NCBI GenBank assembly: GCA_963676565.1
Contig: OY781089.1
Span: 800,001-864,000 of the forward strand
Length of the DNA stretch: 64,000 nt
DNA from: Halarcobacter sp.
GTDB taxonomy: Bacteria > Campylobacterota > Campylobacteria > Campylobacterales > Arcobacteraceae
Reading direction: 5' to 3'
A program made the translations under genes and the position numbers. Within the stretch, counting starts at the first letter, position 1. The number at the start of each line of letters is the position of its first letter. Below are positions 54,375 to 64,000 of the stretch, piece after piece. Below the pieces are notes generated by a model. The model worked only from the letters and a program-made list of their open reading frames with translations. It made no database searches and was not told where the DNA came from.

Positions 54375-56648
54375 ATGAAAATGTTGGGGAATATTTCTAT
54401 AAAAATGAAGCTTATTATTTCATTTACAATTATCGCATTATTGGTTGTACTTTCTTCTATAACAAGTATTTTCGATTTATCTAAGAGTTCAAAGGGTTTT
54501 CAAAGTTACAAAGGTAGTGTTCAAAATAGTTTATATTTTATACAAATAGAAGAAGAGGTACTAATTCTTAATAATAATCTAAAAAGCTATTTAAATAATC
54601 CAAAAAAAGAAGAAATTGATAAGTTTGCGAAACACTATAAAAATGTTGAAAATTTAATTAATGAAGCTAAGAAAAATAGTAATGAAATTCAAAAACAACA
54701 ACTTTCTTTAATTACTAAAAAATTAGATAGTTATAAAACTAATTTTGATACTTTAATATCATTCATGGAAAAAACCGATGAAATTTATGCAAAAAATTTA
54801 TCAGTAAATGGAAAGAGTATTGAAGAGTTACTTAGTTCTATAATGCTTACCTCTGAAATTGATGAAAAATATGAAGTCTCAGTTCAAGCAGGTTATGCAA
54901 TTAGATTTATGTTATTAGCAAGACTATATACGATGAAGTTTATAGATACAAGTTCTAAAAATGACGTAAAAGAGATAAATAAAGAGTTTGACTATCTTTT
55001 AGAACAATTATCTGACTTAGATGATTTAATAGAAAATGAGATAAGAAAAAATAAGTTGAACCAAATTAGTAAACTTATCCCTTTGTATAAAAATGGAGTT
55101 GATGAGATTGTAAAAATTATCAATGAAAGAGATAAACTAATTTTAGAAAATGATATTTTAGAAAATGATATTGAAAAAGTGATCGAAAAGTTAAAAATTC
55201 AAAGTGAAAAAGCACAGAATTTGATGGGAGAAGAAGTAAGTAGTTTAAATGAAGGGATAAAAAATAAAACAATTATTATTGGACTAATTGTATTGATTTT
55301 AGTAATCTCTTTTTCAATTACAATAGCAAAGGGAATTACAAGTAGTTTAGAAGGTTTGAATAATGGGATATTAAACTTGCTAAATAGTAATGATACCTCT
55401 TCAAGAGTTGAAGTTAAAAATAAAGATGAAATTTCAAAAATTGCACAAAACTTTAATAATTACCTTGAATCTATAGAAAAAGGATTAAATGAGGATGCAA
55501 AAGTAATTGAAGATGTTAAAAGAGTTGTATTTTTAGTAAAAGAGGGTAAAGTAAATCAAGAGGTAAAAATAAAATCTAATAACAAAAATTTAAATGAATT
55601 AAGGGTTTTATTTAATGAGATGTTAGAGGTTTTAAGCTCAAAAATTTCTAATGATATAAATAAGATAGAAAAGGCTTTAGAAACCTATTCAAAACTTGAT
55701 TTTAGACATAGAATTGATAATGCAAATGCAAAAGTTGAAGTTGGATTAAACCAACTTGCAAACACAATAAATGAGATGTTAGTAGAAAATAGAACAAATG
55801 GACTGACGATTGAAGATAGTGCAAAAAAAGTTGTTGAAAATGTTAGAATTGTTAGTAGTGCTTCCAATAATGCAGCGGCATCTATTGAGGAGACTGCAAG
55901 TGCTTTAGATGAAATAACAGCAACAATAACAACTAATACTCAAAATATATTAAAAATGGCAAATTTTGCAAAGGAACTATCAAATTCTGCAAAAGAGGGT
56001 AAAGAATATGCAGGGAAAACTGCTTCCTCTATGGATGAGATTAATGATGAGGTAAATGGTATAAATGATGCTATTTCAGTAATTGATCAAATTGCCTTTC
56101 AAACAAATATCCTTTCACTTAATGCTGCTGTTGAAGCAGCTACTGCTGGAGAAGCAGGTAAAGGTTTTGCTGTTGTAGCTCAAGAAGTTAGAAATCTTGC
56201 AAACAGAAGTGCCCAAGCAGCTAATCAAATAAAAAGATTAGTTGAATCTGCAACAAATAAAGCAAATATTGGTAAAGATGTATCTTCACAAATGATAAGT
56301 GGATATGAAATTTTAACTGAAAATGTTTCTAAGACACTGGAACTTATAGTTGAAGTTGAAGGGGCATTTAAAGAGCAGAAAGATGGAATTGAGCAAATAA
56401 ATTCTGCTATTAATAATCTTGATTCACAAATCCAAAAAAATGCATCTATTGCAAGTCAAACTGAAGAAGTAGCAAATGTTAGTGAAAAAGTTGCTTCTAT
56501 AATTTTAGAAAATGCAAATGCAAAAGAGTTTATTGGAAAAGATAGTTCAGAAAAAAGAAAAAATCTTATTGATACAAAATTTGAAGGTGTTGAAAAAAGA
56601 GCTTTAGAAAAAAGAATTAAAAATGAAGATGATTGGGAAAGTTTTTAG
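54375..56648 (+). CDS. Methyl-accepting chemotaxis protein
   Basis: Two TM segments around a large helical periplasmic domain, [41 protein letters not shown] and C-terminal DWESF. Confidence 0.96.
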   Translation: MKMLGNISIKMKLIISFTIIALLVVLSSITSIFDLSKSSKGFQSYKGSVQNSLYFIQIEEEVLILNNNLKSYLNNPKKEEIDKFAKHYKNVENLINEAKKNSNEIQKQQLSLITKKLDSYKTNFDTLISFMEKTDEIYAKNLSVNGKSIEELLSSIMLTSEIDEKYEVSVQAGYAIRFMLLARLYTMKFIDTSSKNDVKEINKEFDYLLEQLSDLDDLIENEIRKNKLNQISKLIPLYKNGVDEIVKIINERDKLILENDILENDIEKVIEKLKIQSEKAQNLMGEEVSSLNEGIKNKTIIIGLIVLILVISFSITIAKGITSSLEGLNNGILNLLNSNDTSSRVEVKNKDEISKIAQNFNNYLESIEKGLNEDAKVIEDVKRVVFLVKEGKVNQEVKIKSNNKNLNELRVLFNEMLEVLSSKISNDINKIEKALETYSKLDFRHRIDNANAKVEVGLNQLANTINEMLVENRTNGLTIEDSAKKVVENVRIVSSASNNAAASIEETASALDEITATITTNTQNILKMANFAKELSNSAKEGKEYAGKTASSMDEINDEVNGINDAISVIDQIAFQTNILSLNAAVEAATAGEAGKGFAVVAQEVRNLANRSAQAANQIKRLVESATNKANIGKDVSSQMISGYEILTENVSKTLELIVEVEGAFKEQKDGIEQINSAINNLDSQIQKNASIASQTEEVANVSEKVASIILENANAKEFIGKDSSEKRKNLIDTKFEGVEKRALEKRIKNEDDWESF

Positions 56649-56654
56649 ACTTTC

Positions 56655-57014
56655 CTAAAAGTTAAGGTGCTTTCTTACCATTTTTTTGTAAGCTTTCATA
56701 TGTACCTTTAACATGTTTGGCATAATCTCCTCTTTACAAGCATGAACGATATTTGCAAACTCAGGTTTTGAAAAAATTGTATCTCTATCTCTAGCTAAAA
56801 AAATCAATCTATTCATATCATCATTTAGTTGGATATCTTCTCTATCACAAATAGCATCATATACAAAAAAGAAAGTTTTTCTATCTTCATGGGTCATTTG
56901 ACAAGAGTCATCTAACATTTTTAAAGCAAGTTTTGCTGCATATTCAATCTCTATTGGTTCAAAATTGTGGCTAAGTGCCCAATTGTAAGCTTTTTTATTT
57001 ATATCCATTTGCAT
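56655..57014 (-). CDS. Hypothetical protein (119 aa)
   Basis: ORF with an AAGGA RBS; no motif recognised. Confidence 0.7.
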   Translation of the reverse strand: MQMDINKKAYNWALSHNFEPIEIEYAAKLALKMLDDSCQMTHEDRKTFFFVYDAICDREDIQLNDDMNRLIFLARDRDTIFSKPEFANIVHACKEEIMPNMLKVHMKAYKKMVRKHLNF

Positions 57015-57047
57015 ATCCTTTATAAAAAGTATGCAATATTTGTACCA

Positions 57048-57428
57048 TTATTCCTTTGGAATATTGTCTAAGAGATTGTTTAGATATTTAGTAGTAACTG
57101 TTTTTTGATAAAAAACATAAATTATAACTAGAATTACTCCTATTCCGTAGGTAAATAAAATCCCTGTTACAACAAGAATAACTAGTATCCAAACATGAAG
57201 TAATTCACCAAAAATATTTAAGGAGATGCATCTTTTTGATTTTTCAATATCAATGTTTAAATCATAGGTAAGGAGCGAGCTTTTAGGTTTAAACCCTTTA
57301 AAGAATAAGGCGTTATCACTAATTGTTGAATCTTTACTAAAAGGAGTTAGCTTATTTTCTAAATAGTTTATAACTTCATCTTTTTGGGTTTGTATATCTT
57401 TTTTTATTTGAATATCAAAAAGTCCCAT
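57048..57428 (-). CDS. Hypothetical membrane protein (126 aa)
   Basis: AAGGA RBS and a C-terminal hydrophobic hairpin. Confidence 0.7.
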   Translation of the reverse strand: MGLFDIQIKKDIQTQKDEVINYLENKLTPFSKDSTISDNALFFKGFKPKSSLLTYDLNIDIEKSKRCISLNIFGELLHVWILVILVVTGILFTYGIGVILVIIYVFYQKTVTTKYLNNLLDNIPKE

Positions 57429-57531
57429 CTTTTTCCTTAAAATATTTCAATAAGTATAACAAGAGTTGATGATTTTATCTATAAATTTATGTTTATAAAA
57501 TATACAGGTGTATAATGAGTTGTTTTAGATT

Positions 57532-57558
57532 AAACAAAGGAGTTTAACTCCTTTGTTT
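57532..57558 (-). terminator. Probable intrinsic terminator of the PFOR gene
   Basis: AAACAAAGGAGTT-T-AACTCCTTTGTTT inverted repeat, 7 bp after the stop codon. Confidence 0.65.
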
Positions 57559-57565
57559 GGTTTTA

Positions 57566-60500
57566 TTAAGCGTCTTGACCTTCTATTTCATCTGAATAAT
57601 CAGCTGCTGCCATTCTAGTTAATTGTCTATATCTGTATTGAGCTTCTTTTTTATTTTGTTCTAATAAGAAATCAGCTTTTTCTGGATTTAACTTTTTAAG
57701 AGATCTATATCTATTTTCTCTTAATAGGAACTCTTCATATTTATCCCAATTTGGTTTTTTACCAGAAATTTTGATTGGGTTTTTACCCTCTTCAATTTTT
57801 CTTGGGTCAAAAGTATAAATTGGCCAATATCCACAATCTGTAGCCATTTGCCCTTGGTCAACTGATTTCATCAATCCACCTTGAATACCGTGAGCAATAC
57901 AAGGAGAGTATGCAATAATTAATGATGGTCCATCGTACTCTTCTGCTTCTTTCATAGCTTGTACAGCTTGTTTTTGAGAAGCTCTTGAGTTGATTTGTGC
58001 AACAAAAATATTTCCATAAGTCATAGAGATATAACCTAAGTCTTTTTTCTTGTTTGGTTTACCATCATTAGTAAAGTCTGCAATTGAACCAGTTCTAGCT
58101 GATTTAGAAGATTGTCCACCAGTATTTGAGTAAACTTCTGTATCAACTACAAGCATATTAACATTTTCACCAGTAGCTAATACATGGTCAACACCACCAT
58201 AACCGATGTCATAAGCCCATCCGTCTCCACCGATGATCCATTGTGATTTTCTTACTATGTATTTTTTAAGAGATAATAACTCTTTAACACCTGGTAAGTC
58301 TACATTTTGCTCTAACTGTGGAACTAATTTATCTCTAATTTCTTGAGTCATTTTTCCATTTGATCTATTTGCTAACCACTCTTTATATAATGCTTTAAGT
58401 GGATTAGATGCCGTTTCCATAGTCTCTTCCATGATTCTACCAATTCTGTTTCTGATAGTTTCATTTGCTGCATGCATACCATAACCAAACTCTGCGGCAT
58501 CTTCAAATAATGAGTTTGCCCATGCTGGTCCTTCACCTTTTGCATTTTTAGTAAATGGTGTTGATGGAGCTGATGCTGAATAAATAGAAGTACATCCTGT
58601 AGCATTAGAAATCATCATTCTATCACCAAATAATTGAGTAGCTAATGTAATATATGGTGTTTCACCACAACCTGGACATGCAGAGTGGAATTCAAATAAT
58701 GGCTGTGCAAATTGTGAACCTTGAACAGTGTCTGCTTTTACAAGGTGGTCTTTATATGTTACATCATTAAATAGGTAATCAGCATTTTCTTGTTCATTAT
58801 TCCCATCTTCAACTTCATATGGAACCATTTTAAGAGATTTTTCATTTGTTGGACAAATGTCAACACAAACGTTACATCCTGTACAGTCCATAATTGAAAC
58901 TTGGATTTTATATTTTAATCCTTGATCTTTAGTTCCTTTTGCTTTTGCATCAAGTGAGTGAGTTTTTACACCCTCAGGAGCTTTTTCAAATTCTGCTTCA
59001 TCAAGTAAGAAAGGTCTAATTACAGCATGTGGACACTCAAATGCACATTGATTACATTGAATACAAGTATCTTCATTCCATTGAGGAACCATAGTTGCAA
59101 TTGATCTTTTTTCAAACTTAGTAGAACCATTTTCAAATGTTCCACCTTCCATTCCCATGTTTACAATTGTTGAAACTGGAATCTCATCACCTTTAGCTGC
59201 ATTAACAACTTTTGCAAAGTTTTCAACATATTCTGTACCTTTATATGCTGAATTTACAACTAATGCACCACCATCAAGATTTGACCACTCTTCTAATACT
59301 GGAACTTGCTCTAATCCCGCTTCACCAGAATCAATTGCTAAGTAGTTCATTTTAACAATCTCTTCACCTTTGTTTCCATATGCTTTTTCAGCATATTGTT
59401 TCATATATGTTTTAGCTTCTTCATAAGGAATAATATCAGCAAGTTTAAAGAATGCTGCTTGCATGATTGTATTTGTTCTAGTCCCAAGTCCAATATCCCT
59501 TGCAATTTTTGTTGCGTTGATGATATAAAAATTGATTTTTTTATCTGCTAATAGTTTCTTAACTCTATCAGGGATTCTTTGTTGAACCTCTTCAACTGAA
59601 TAAATTGAATTAAGTAAGAATGTTCCACCATCTTTTAATTTATCAATAACTTCATATTGTTCTAAGTAAACCTCTTTTGAACATGCAACAAATCCAGGAT
59701 TTGATACAAGGTATGTTGATCTAATAGGGTTTTTACTAAATCTTAGATGCGATCTTGTATATCCACCAGATTTTTTAGAATCATATGCAAAATATGCTTG
59801 TGCATATAAATCAGTTTTATCTCCAATAATTTTTACTGAGTTTTTATTAGCCCCAACTGTACCATCCGCACCAAGACCATAGAATAGACACTCATTTACT
59901 TCTTCTACCACTGATACATTTTCACCAACATCAATTGATGTATTAGTTACATCATCAATAATACCAACAGTAAATCTATCTTTAGGTGTTTGTGATGCTA
60001 AGTTATCATATAAAGCAATAATTTGTGCAGGAGGAACATCTTTTGAAGATAAACCATATCTACCACCAATAATTTTTGGTTGCTTATCTGTTCCATAAAA
60101 TACTGATTTTACATCTAGGTATAATGGTTCACCAAGAGAACCTGGTTCTTTTGTTCTATCAATTACACAAATTCTTTCAACAGAATCTGGAAGAACATCC
60201 ATAAAATATTTAGTTGAGAATGGTCTATAAAGATGAACAGTAAGAAGTCCTACTTTTCTTCCTTCAACTTTTGTTAAATAATCAATAGTCTCTTTAATAG
60301 TTTCTGTTACAGAACCCATAGCAATAATAATATCAGTTGCTTCGCTATCTCCATAATAAGTAAATGGAGCATAATTTCTTCCAGTTACCTTTGAAATTTC
60401 TTGCATATAATCATTTACAATATCAGGCACTGCATCATAAAATTTATTACATGCTTCTCTACCTTGGAAATAGATATCATCATTTTGTGCAGTACCTCTT

Positions 60501-61144
60501 GTAACAGGTGATTCTGGATTTAAAGAAGTATCTCTAAACTTTTGAACTGCATCATAATCAATTAATTTATCAAATACATCATAATCCATTACTTCAACTT
60601 TGTTAATCTCATGTGAAGTTCTAAATCCATCAAAGAAGTGTAAGAAAGGTACTCTTCCTTTAATTGCTGCAAGGTGAGCAACCCCACCAATATCCATAAC
60701 TTCTTGAACTGAACCAGTTGCAAGCATAGCAAAACCAGTTGCTCTTGCACTCATTACATCTTGATGATCTCCAAAAATTGAAAGTGCATGAGCAGCTAAA
60801 GCTCTAGCAGATACATGAATTACACCAGGTAGTAATTGACCAGCAACTTTATACATATTTGGTATTTTTAATAATAATCCTTGAGATGCTGTGTAGGTAG
60901 TTGTCAAAGCACCTGCTTGTAATGATCCATGAAATGTACCTGCAGCTCCTGCTTCAGACTGCATTTCAATAACTTTTACTGTAGAACCAAAAAGGTTTTT
61001 CTTACCTTGTGTAGCCCACTTTTCAGTGTTATCACCCATTTGAGAAGAAGGTGTAATAGGATAAACCCCAGCTACTTCAGTGAACGCATATGATACATAT
61101 GCAGCCGCTTCATTTCCATCCATAGTTGCAAATTGTTTTGACAT
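57566..61144 (-). CDS. nifJ: Single-chain pyruvate:ferredoxin (flavodoxin) oxidoreductase
   Basis: MDGNEAAA, YPITPSS, EMQSEAGAAG, GLGADGTVGANK, two CxxCxxCxxxCP ferredoxin motifs, ACPGCGE and TPP-binding GGDGWAYDIG. Confidence 0.97.
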   Translation of the reverse strand: MSKQFATMDGNEAAAYVSYAFTEVAGVYPITPSSQMGDNTEKWATQGKKNLFGSTVKVIEMQSEAGAAGTFHGSLQAGALTTTYTASQGLLLKIPNMYKVAGQLLPGVIHVSARALAAHALSIFGDHQDVMSARATGFAMLATGSVQEVMDIGGVAHLAAIKGRVPFLHFFDGFRTSHEINKVEVMDYDVFDKLIDYDAVQKFRDTSLNPESPVTRGTAQNDDIYFQGREACNKFYDAVPDIVNDYMQEISKVTGRNYAPFTYYGDSEATDIIIAMGSVTETIKETIDYLTKVEGRKVGLLTVHLYRPFSTKYFMDVLPDSVERICVIDRTKEPGSLGEPLYLDVKSVFYGTDKQPKIIGGRYGLSSKDVPPAQIIALYDNLASQTPKDRFTVGIIDDVTNTSIDVGENVSVVEEVNECLFYGLGADGTVGANKNSVKIIGDKTDLYAQAYFAYDSKKSGGYTRSHLRFSKNPIRSTYLVSNPGFVACSKEVYLEQYEVIDKLKDGGTFLLNSIYSVEEVQQRIPDRVKKLLADKKINFYIINATKIARDIGLGTRTNTIMQAAFFKLADIIPYEEAKTYMKQYAEKAYGNKGEEIVKMNYLAIDSGEAGLEQVPVLEEWSNLDGGALVVNSAYKGTEYVENFAKVVNAAKGDEIPVSTIVNMGMEGGTFENGSTKFEKRSIATMVPQWNEDTCIQCNQCAFECPHAVIRPFLLDEAEFEKAPEGVKTHSLDAKAKGTKDQGLKYKIQVSIMDCTGCNVCVDICPTNEKSLKMVPYEVEDGNNEQENADYLFNDVTYKDHLVKADTVQGSQFAQPLFEFHSACPGCGETPYITLATQLFGDRMMISNATGCTSIYSASAPSTPFTKNAKGEGPAWANSLFEDAAEFGYGMHAANETIRNRIGRIMEETMETASNPLKALYKEWLANRSNGKMTQEIRDKLVPQLEQNVDLPGVKELLSLKKYIVRKSQWIIGGDGWAYDIGYGGVDHVLATGENVNMLVVDTEVYSNTGGQSSKSARTGSIADFTNDGKPNKKKDLGYISMTYGNIFVAQINSRASQKQAVQAMKEAEEYDGPSLIIAYSPCIAHGIQGGLMKSVDQGQMATDCGYWPIYTFDPRKIEEGKNPIKISGKKPNWDKYEEFLLRENRYRSLKKLNPEKADFLLEQNKKEAQYRYRQLTRMAAADYSDEIEGQDA

Positions 61145-61293
61145 AAACTATCCTTATCAATTGTTTTTATTGTTCATACTAATTAAAATAAACTTAGACT
61201 ATCTTGAATATTACTCTAAATAAGCTTAGATTAATTAATTTTAAGAATTATTTAAAGCAATTTTGCTAATTCTAAGTTTAATTAAAATGTATG

Positions 61294-61340
61294 ATAAACA
61301 TATGACAATTAAAAGTCCCATTTTATGGTCATATGTTTAT
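61294..61340. repeat. Inverted repeat in the HAD-PFOR intergenic region (terminator or operator)
   Basis: ATAAACATATGAC (61294-61306) / GTCATATGTTTAT (61328-61340), perfect 13-bp arms with partial inner pairing. Confidence 0.55.
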
Positions 61341-61382
61341 TATTATGATAAGTGTATAGAAAGTATATAATATAAGAACAGA

Positions 61383-62036
61383 TTATAGTTTTGTATGTTC
61401 TTTAATAAGTTTGACTGCATCAAGTGTGTTTTTAGCTATATAGGGTGTATGCTTCTTAAGAATTGATTCTTCTCCATAACCACATAAAACTCCTACACTT
61501 TTAATCCCTGCAGAGTTTGCAGCGATTAAATCAAGTTCAGTATCACCTACCATCCAAACATTTGAGCTTTTATCTATATTCATTAATTCTAGAGTTTTAT
61601 TTATTGGCTCAGGATGAGGTTTTGGGTTTTGAACATCTTCTCTACCTGTTAAATATTCAAAATAATGCATAACTTCCATATGCTCTAAGAGTTCTTTTGA
61701 GTAAGAACCTGTTTTTGTTGTAACCACTGAAAGTCTCGCAAAGGTACTTGCAAATTGTAAACTCTCTTTTGCATTTTCTAAAAGTTCAGTCTGTTGTTTT
61801 GAAATCACCTTATATCTTTTTTTATAAGTATCAACAAAGTCCCAAACAAAATTTTCTTTAATACCAAGTTCTAAATACATAATATCAAGGGGGTAACCAA
61901 TTAAAGATTTGATATCTTCATCAGTCCCTTTAAAATCGTAGTTCATCTGTTTAAATGAGTGTTGAAAAGTTGATAAAATGGCATCCGTTGAATCAATTAG
62001 GGTACCATCTAAATCAAATAATATAATATTCTTCAA
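61383..62036 (-). CDS. HAD-family hydrolase (phosphoglycolate phosphatase-like)
   Basis: FDLDGTLIDS, VVTTK, KPHPEP and MVGDTELD. Confidence 0.9.
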   Translation of the reverse strand: MKNIILFDLDGTLIDSTDAILSTFQHSFKQMNYDFKGTDEDIKSLIGYPLDIMYLELGIKENFVWDFVDTYKKRYKVISKQQTELLENAKESLQFASTFARLSVVTTKTGSYSKELLEHMEVMHYFEYLTGREDVQNPKPHPEPINKTLELMNIDKSSNVWMVGDTELDLIAANSAGIKSVGVLCGYGEESILKKHTPYIAKNTLDAVKLIKEHTKL

Positions 62037-62074
62037 AATTTACCTTTAAATTTAATAGAAAATATTATAGTGTT

Positions 62075-63574
62075 TTAGGGTTTAATCCAATCTTTTTGGT
62101 TATGCATTATCCCTATAACAGAGGGCTCTATATTTTTTATTTGTGAGTTAACAACGGAGATAGAATTTGGAATATATAAAAATAAATATGGTAAATCGTC
62201 TGCGATAGTAGAATAAATCTCTTTATATATTTTTGCAAACTTCTCTCTATTTACTGTACCAGCACCTTTATCGATAAGAGCATCAATTTTTTTATTTCTA
62301 TACCCAACTAGGTTAAATCTACCTAGTTTATCAGAATTACTATGCCATAGGGCATATGCATCGGGCATCAGTGTAGTATTCCATCCAAGTAAAATCGCTT
62401 CAAATTTTCTAGGGGTTACAATTGTATTTAAAAATGCTTGCCATTCCATAACTCTAATATTCATATTAATATTAGCTTTTTTTAATTGGTATTGAAGTAT
62501 TTGAGCTGCATTTGCTCTAATTGGATTTCCTGTGTTTGTTATAACTTCAAAACTAAAAGGGTTATTTTCATCATAACCTAACTCTTTTAGTAGTTTTTTT
62601 GCCTTTTTTAAATCATATCTATAGGGTTTAAACTTTTCATCAAATACAAAAGAAGAGGGAGCAAATGGACCATCACATATCTCTCCATGTCCAAAATATA
62701 AAATATCAATCATCTCTTTTCTATTTGTTGCATATGCTATTGCTTGTCTTAATTTTTTATTTTGAAATTTTTTATCTCTTAAATTAAATCCAAGATAAGA
62801 GTATGCAAGGGAAGGTTGTTCTATGATTTTAAAATTCTTTTTAAACTTCTCATTTATTTGTCTTTCATATTGTAAGGGAGTTAAGCCACCTACATCTAGT
62901 TTTCTTTGTTTTAAAAATAAAAAAGAGGTATTAGTATCAGGAATAAATTTATATAGTATTTTATCAATTTTAGGACGTCCCTCAAAATAATCATCATTAG
63001 CAACAAGTTCAATATCTGCATTATTTTTAAACTCTTTTAATTTGTATGGACCTGTCCCTATTGGTTTTTTATTAAATTTTGAAGTCATAAGGTTTTTTTC
63101 ATCTTTTAAGATATGTTCAGGTAGAAGACTAACCATCCAAGTAACCAAGGCTTTAAAATATGGTTTTTTAAATATTATTTCTACTGTGTATTTATCTAAA
63201 GCTTTAACACTTTCTACCTCATTAAAGTTTGACCTAAAGCTAACATATACTTTTGGGTCAATAATCTTTTCATAGGTGAAGATTACATCTTTTGAAGTTA
63301 CTTCAACTCCATCATGCCAAAGCACACCTTTTTTTATTTTTATTATTAGTTTTGTAGGTGTTTCAAATTTATATGAACTAGCTAAATCAACTGTTGGATT
63401 TCCATCTTTGTCATACTTAAGAAGTCCATTAAAAATCCATTGACTAATTTGTGAACTTGCACTATCACTTGATAAAATAGGATTTATTCTACTTGGACTT
63501 GAACCCATACTTAGGTTTAAAGTCGAAGATAGTAAAACATTAAAAAAAAGGCTAAATAGTAAAAGAAATTTCAT
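62075..63574 (-). CDS. Peptide/nickel ABC transporter substrate-binding protein (family 5)
   Basis: Signal peptide, INPIL, WHDG...T..DV.FT, PIGTGPYKL and YLGFNL. Confidence 0.9.
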   Translation of the reverse strand: MKFLLLFSLFFNVLLSSTLNLSMGSSPSRINPILSSDSASSQISQWIFNGLLKYDKDGNPTVDLASSYKFETPTKLIIKIKKGVLWHDGVEVTSKDVIFTYEKIIDPKVYVSFRSNFNEVESVKALDKYTVEIIFKKPYFKALVTWMVSLLPEHILKDEKNLMTSKFNKKPIGTGPYKLKEFKNNADIELVANDDYFEGRPKIDKILYKFIPDTNTSFLFLKQRKLDVGGLTPLQYERQINEKFKKNFKIIEQPSLAYSYLGFNLRDKKFQNKKLRQAIAYATNRKEMIDILYFGHGEICDGPFAPSSFVFDEKFKPYRYDLKKAKKLLKELGYDENNPFSFEVITNTGNPIRANAAQILQYQLKKANINMNIRVMEWQAFLNTIVTPRKFEAILLGWNTTLMPDAYALWHSNSDKLGRFNLVGYRNKKIDALIDKGAGTVNREKFAKIYKEIYSTIADDLPYLFLYIPNSISVVNSQIKNIEPSVIGIMHNQKDWIKP

Positions 63575-63609
63575 GGAATAATTTTAGTGGTTTTTTAATA
63601 AAAAACACT

Positions 63610-64000
63610 TCAAATTGGAAGTATAATTTTGAAACAAGCTCCTTTATATAATTTATTATTATGGGTAAACTCTTCATTTGAAACAATTATTTTACCTTTA
63701 AAATGTTTTGTAATAATTTGATTTGTCATATAAAGACCGATTCCCGTTCCCTGCGATTGGTGTTTTGTTGTAAAATATGGTTCAAATATTTTATCTATGA
63801 TTTTTTCTTCTATTCCAATTGCATTATCTTTAATTGTTAATATATAGGCGTCTCTTTCTTTAATTAAATTTATAAAAACTAGTTTTTCTTTTTTTCCACA
63901 ATTTTGATATGCATCCTTGGCATTATTTAAAATATTTAAGATTGCTTGAATAAATACATTTTCATTACAAACCATAGATGCATCTTCCATATTTATAATT
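63610..64000 (-). CDS. Sensor histidine kinase, C-terminal HATPase_c domain (gene continues beyond the window)
   Basis: N box NILNNAKDA, G1 IKDNAIGI, F box IFEPYFTTK and G2 GTGIGLY. Confidence 0.9.
   Translation of the reverse strand, partial: IINMEDASMVCNENVFIQAILNILNNAKDAYQNCGKKEKLVFINLIKERDAYILTIKDNAIGIEEKIIDKIFEPYFTTKHQSQGTGIGLYMTNQIITKHFKGKIIVSNEEFTHNNKLYKGACFKIILPI

Noticed and set aside
57566..61144. nifJ as evidence of nitrogen fixation
   Set aside because: Single-chain PFOR is a central metabolic enzyme in many Campylobacterota, and no nif genes are in the window.

Overview
A strongly AT-rich chromosomal window, most likely from a Campylobacterota bacterium of the Arcobacteraceae. 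This assignment is inferred from gene content and order (aminotransferase-hisZ-purA-DUF507-carA; ispDF-atypical response regulator-pgpA; single-chain PFOR). Most of the window is housekeeping or metabolic: purA, carA, hisZ, hisIE, ispDF, ilvE, metH, luxS, nifJ-type PFOR and mrp. A thiamine-salvage cluster is split by an internal promoter and a TPP riboswitch. The standout is a ~21.7 kb accessory locus (16646-38350). It encodes a lipoprotein TolC with tandem SH3-like tails, a membrane-fusion protein (MFP) and a 5115-aa adhesin-like protein carrying a LEPRxLL leader, a DUF4347 domain with a putative His/Cys protease dyad, LamG, C-type lectin and many Ig/cadherin-like repeats. It also encodes a GAF-like MFP and a PqqD/RRE-like + M50 metalloprotease + MFP fusion. 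The locus looks like a type I-like export system but has no ABC or RND pump. Other items of interest are a structured ~175-nt leader with mutually exclusive RBS-sequestering hairpins upstream of a methyltransferase-metH unit, a ~107-bp palindromic element after metH, and a YbdK-ligase/GGT gene pair. No rRNA, tRNA, CRISPR array or transposase was recognised. All calls come from reading motifs by eye; no database search was run.
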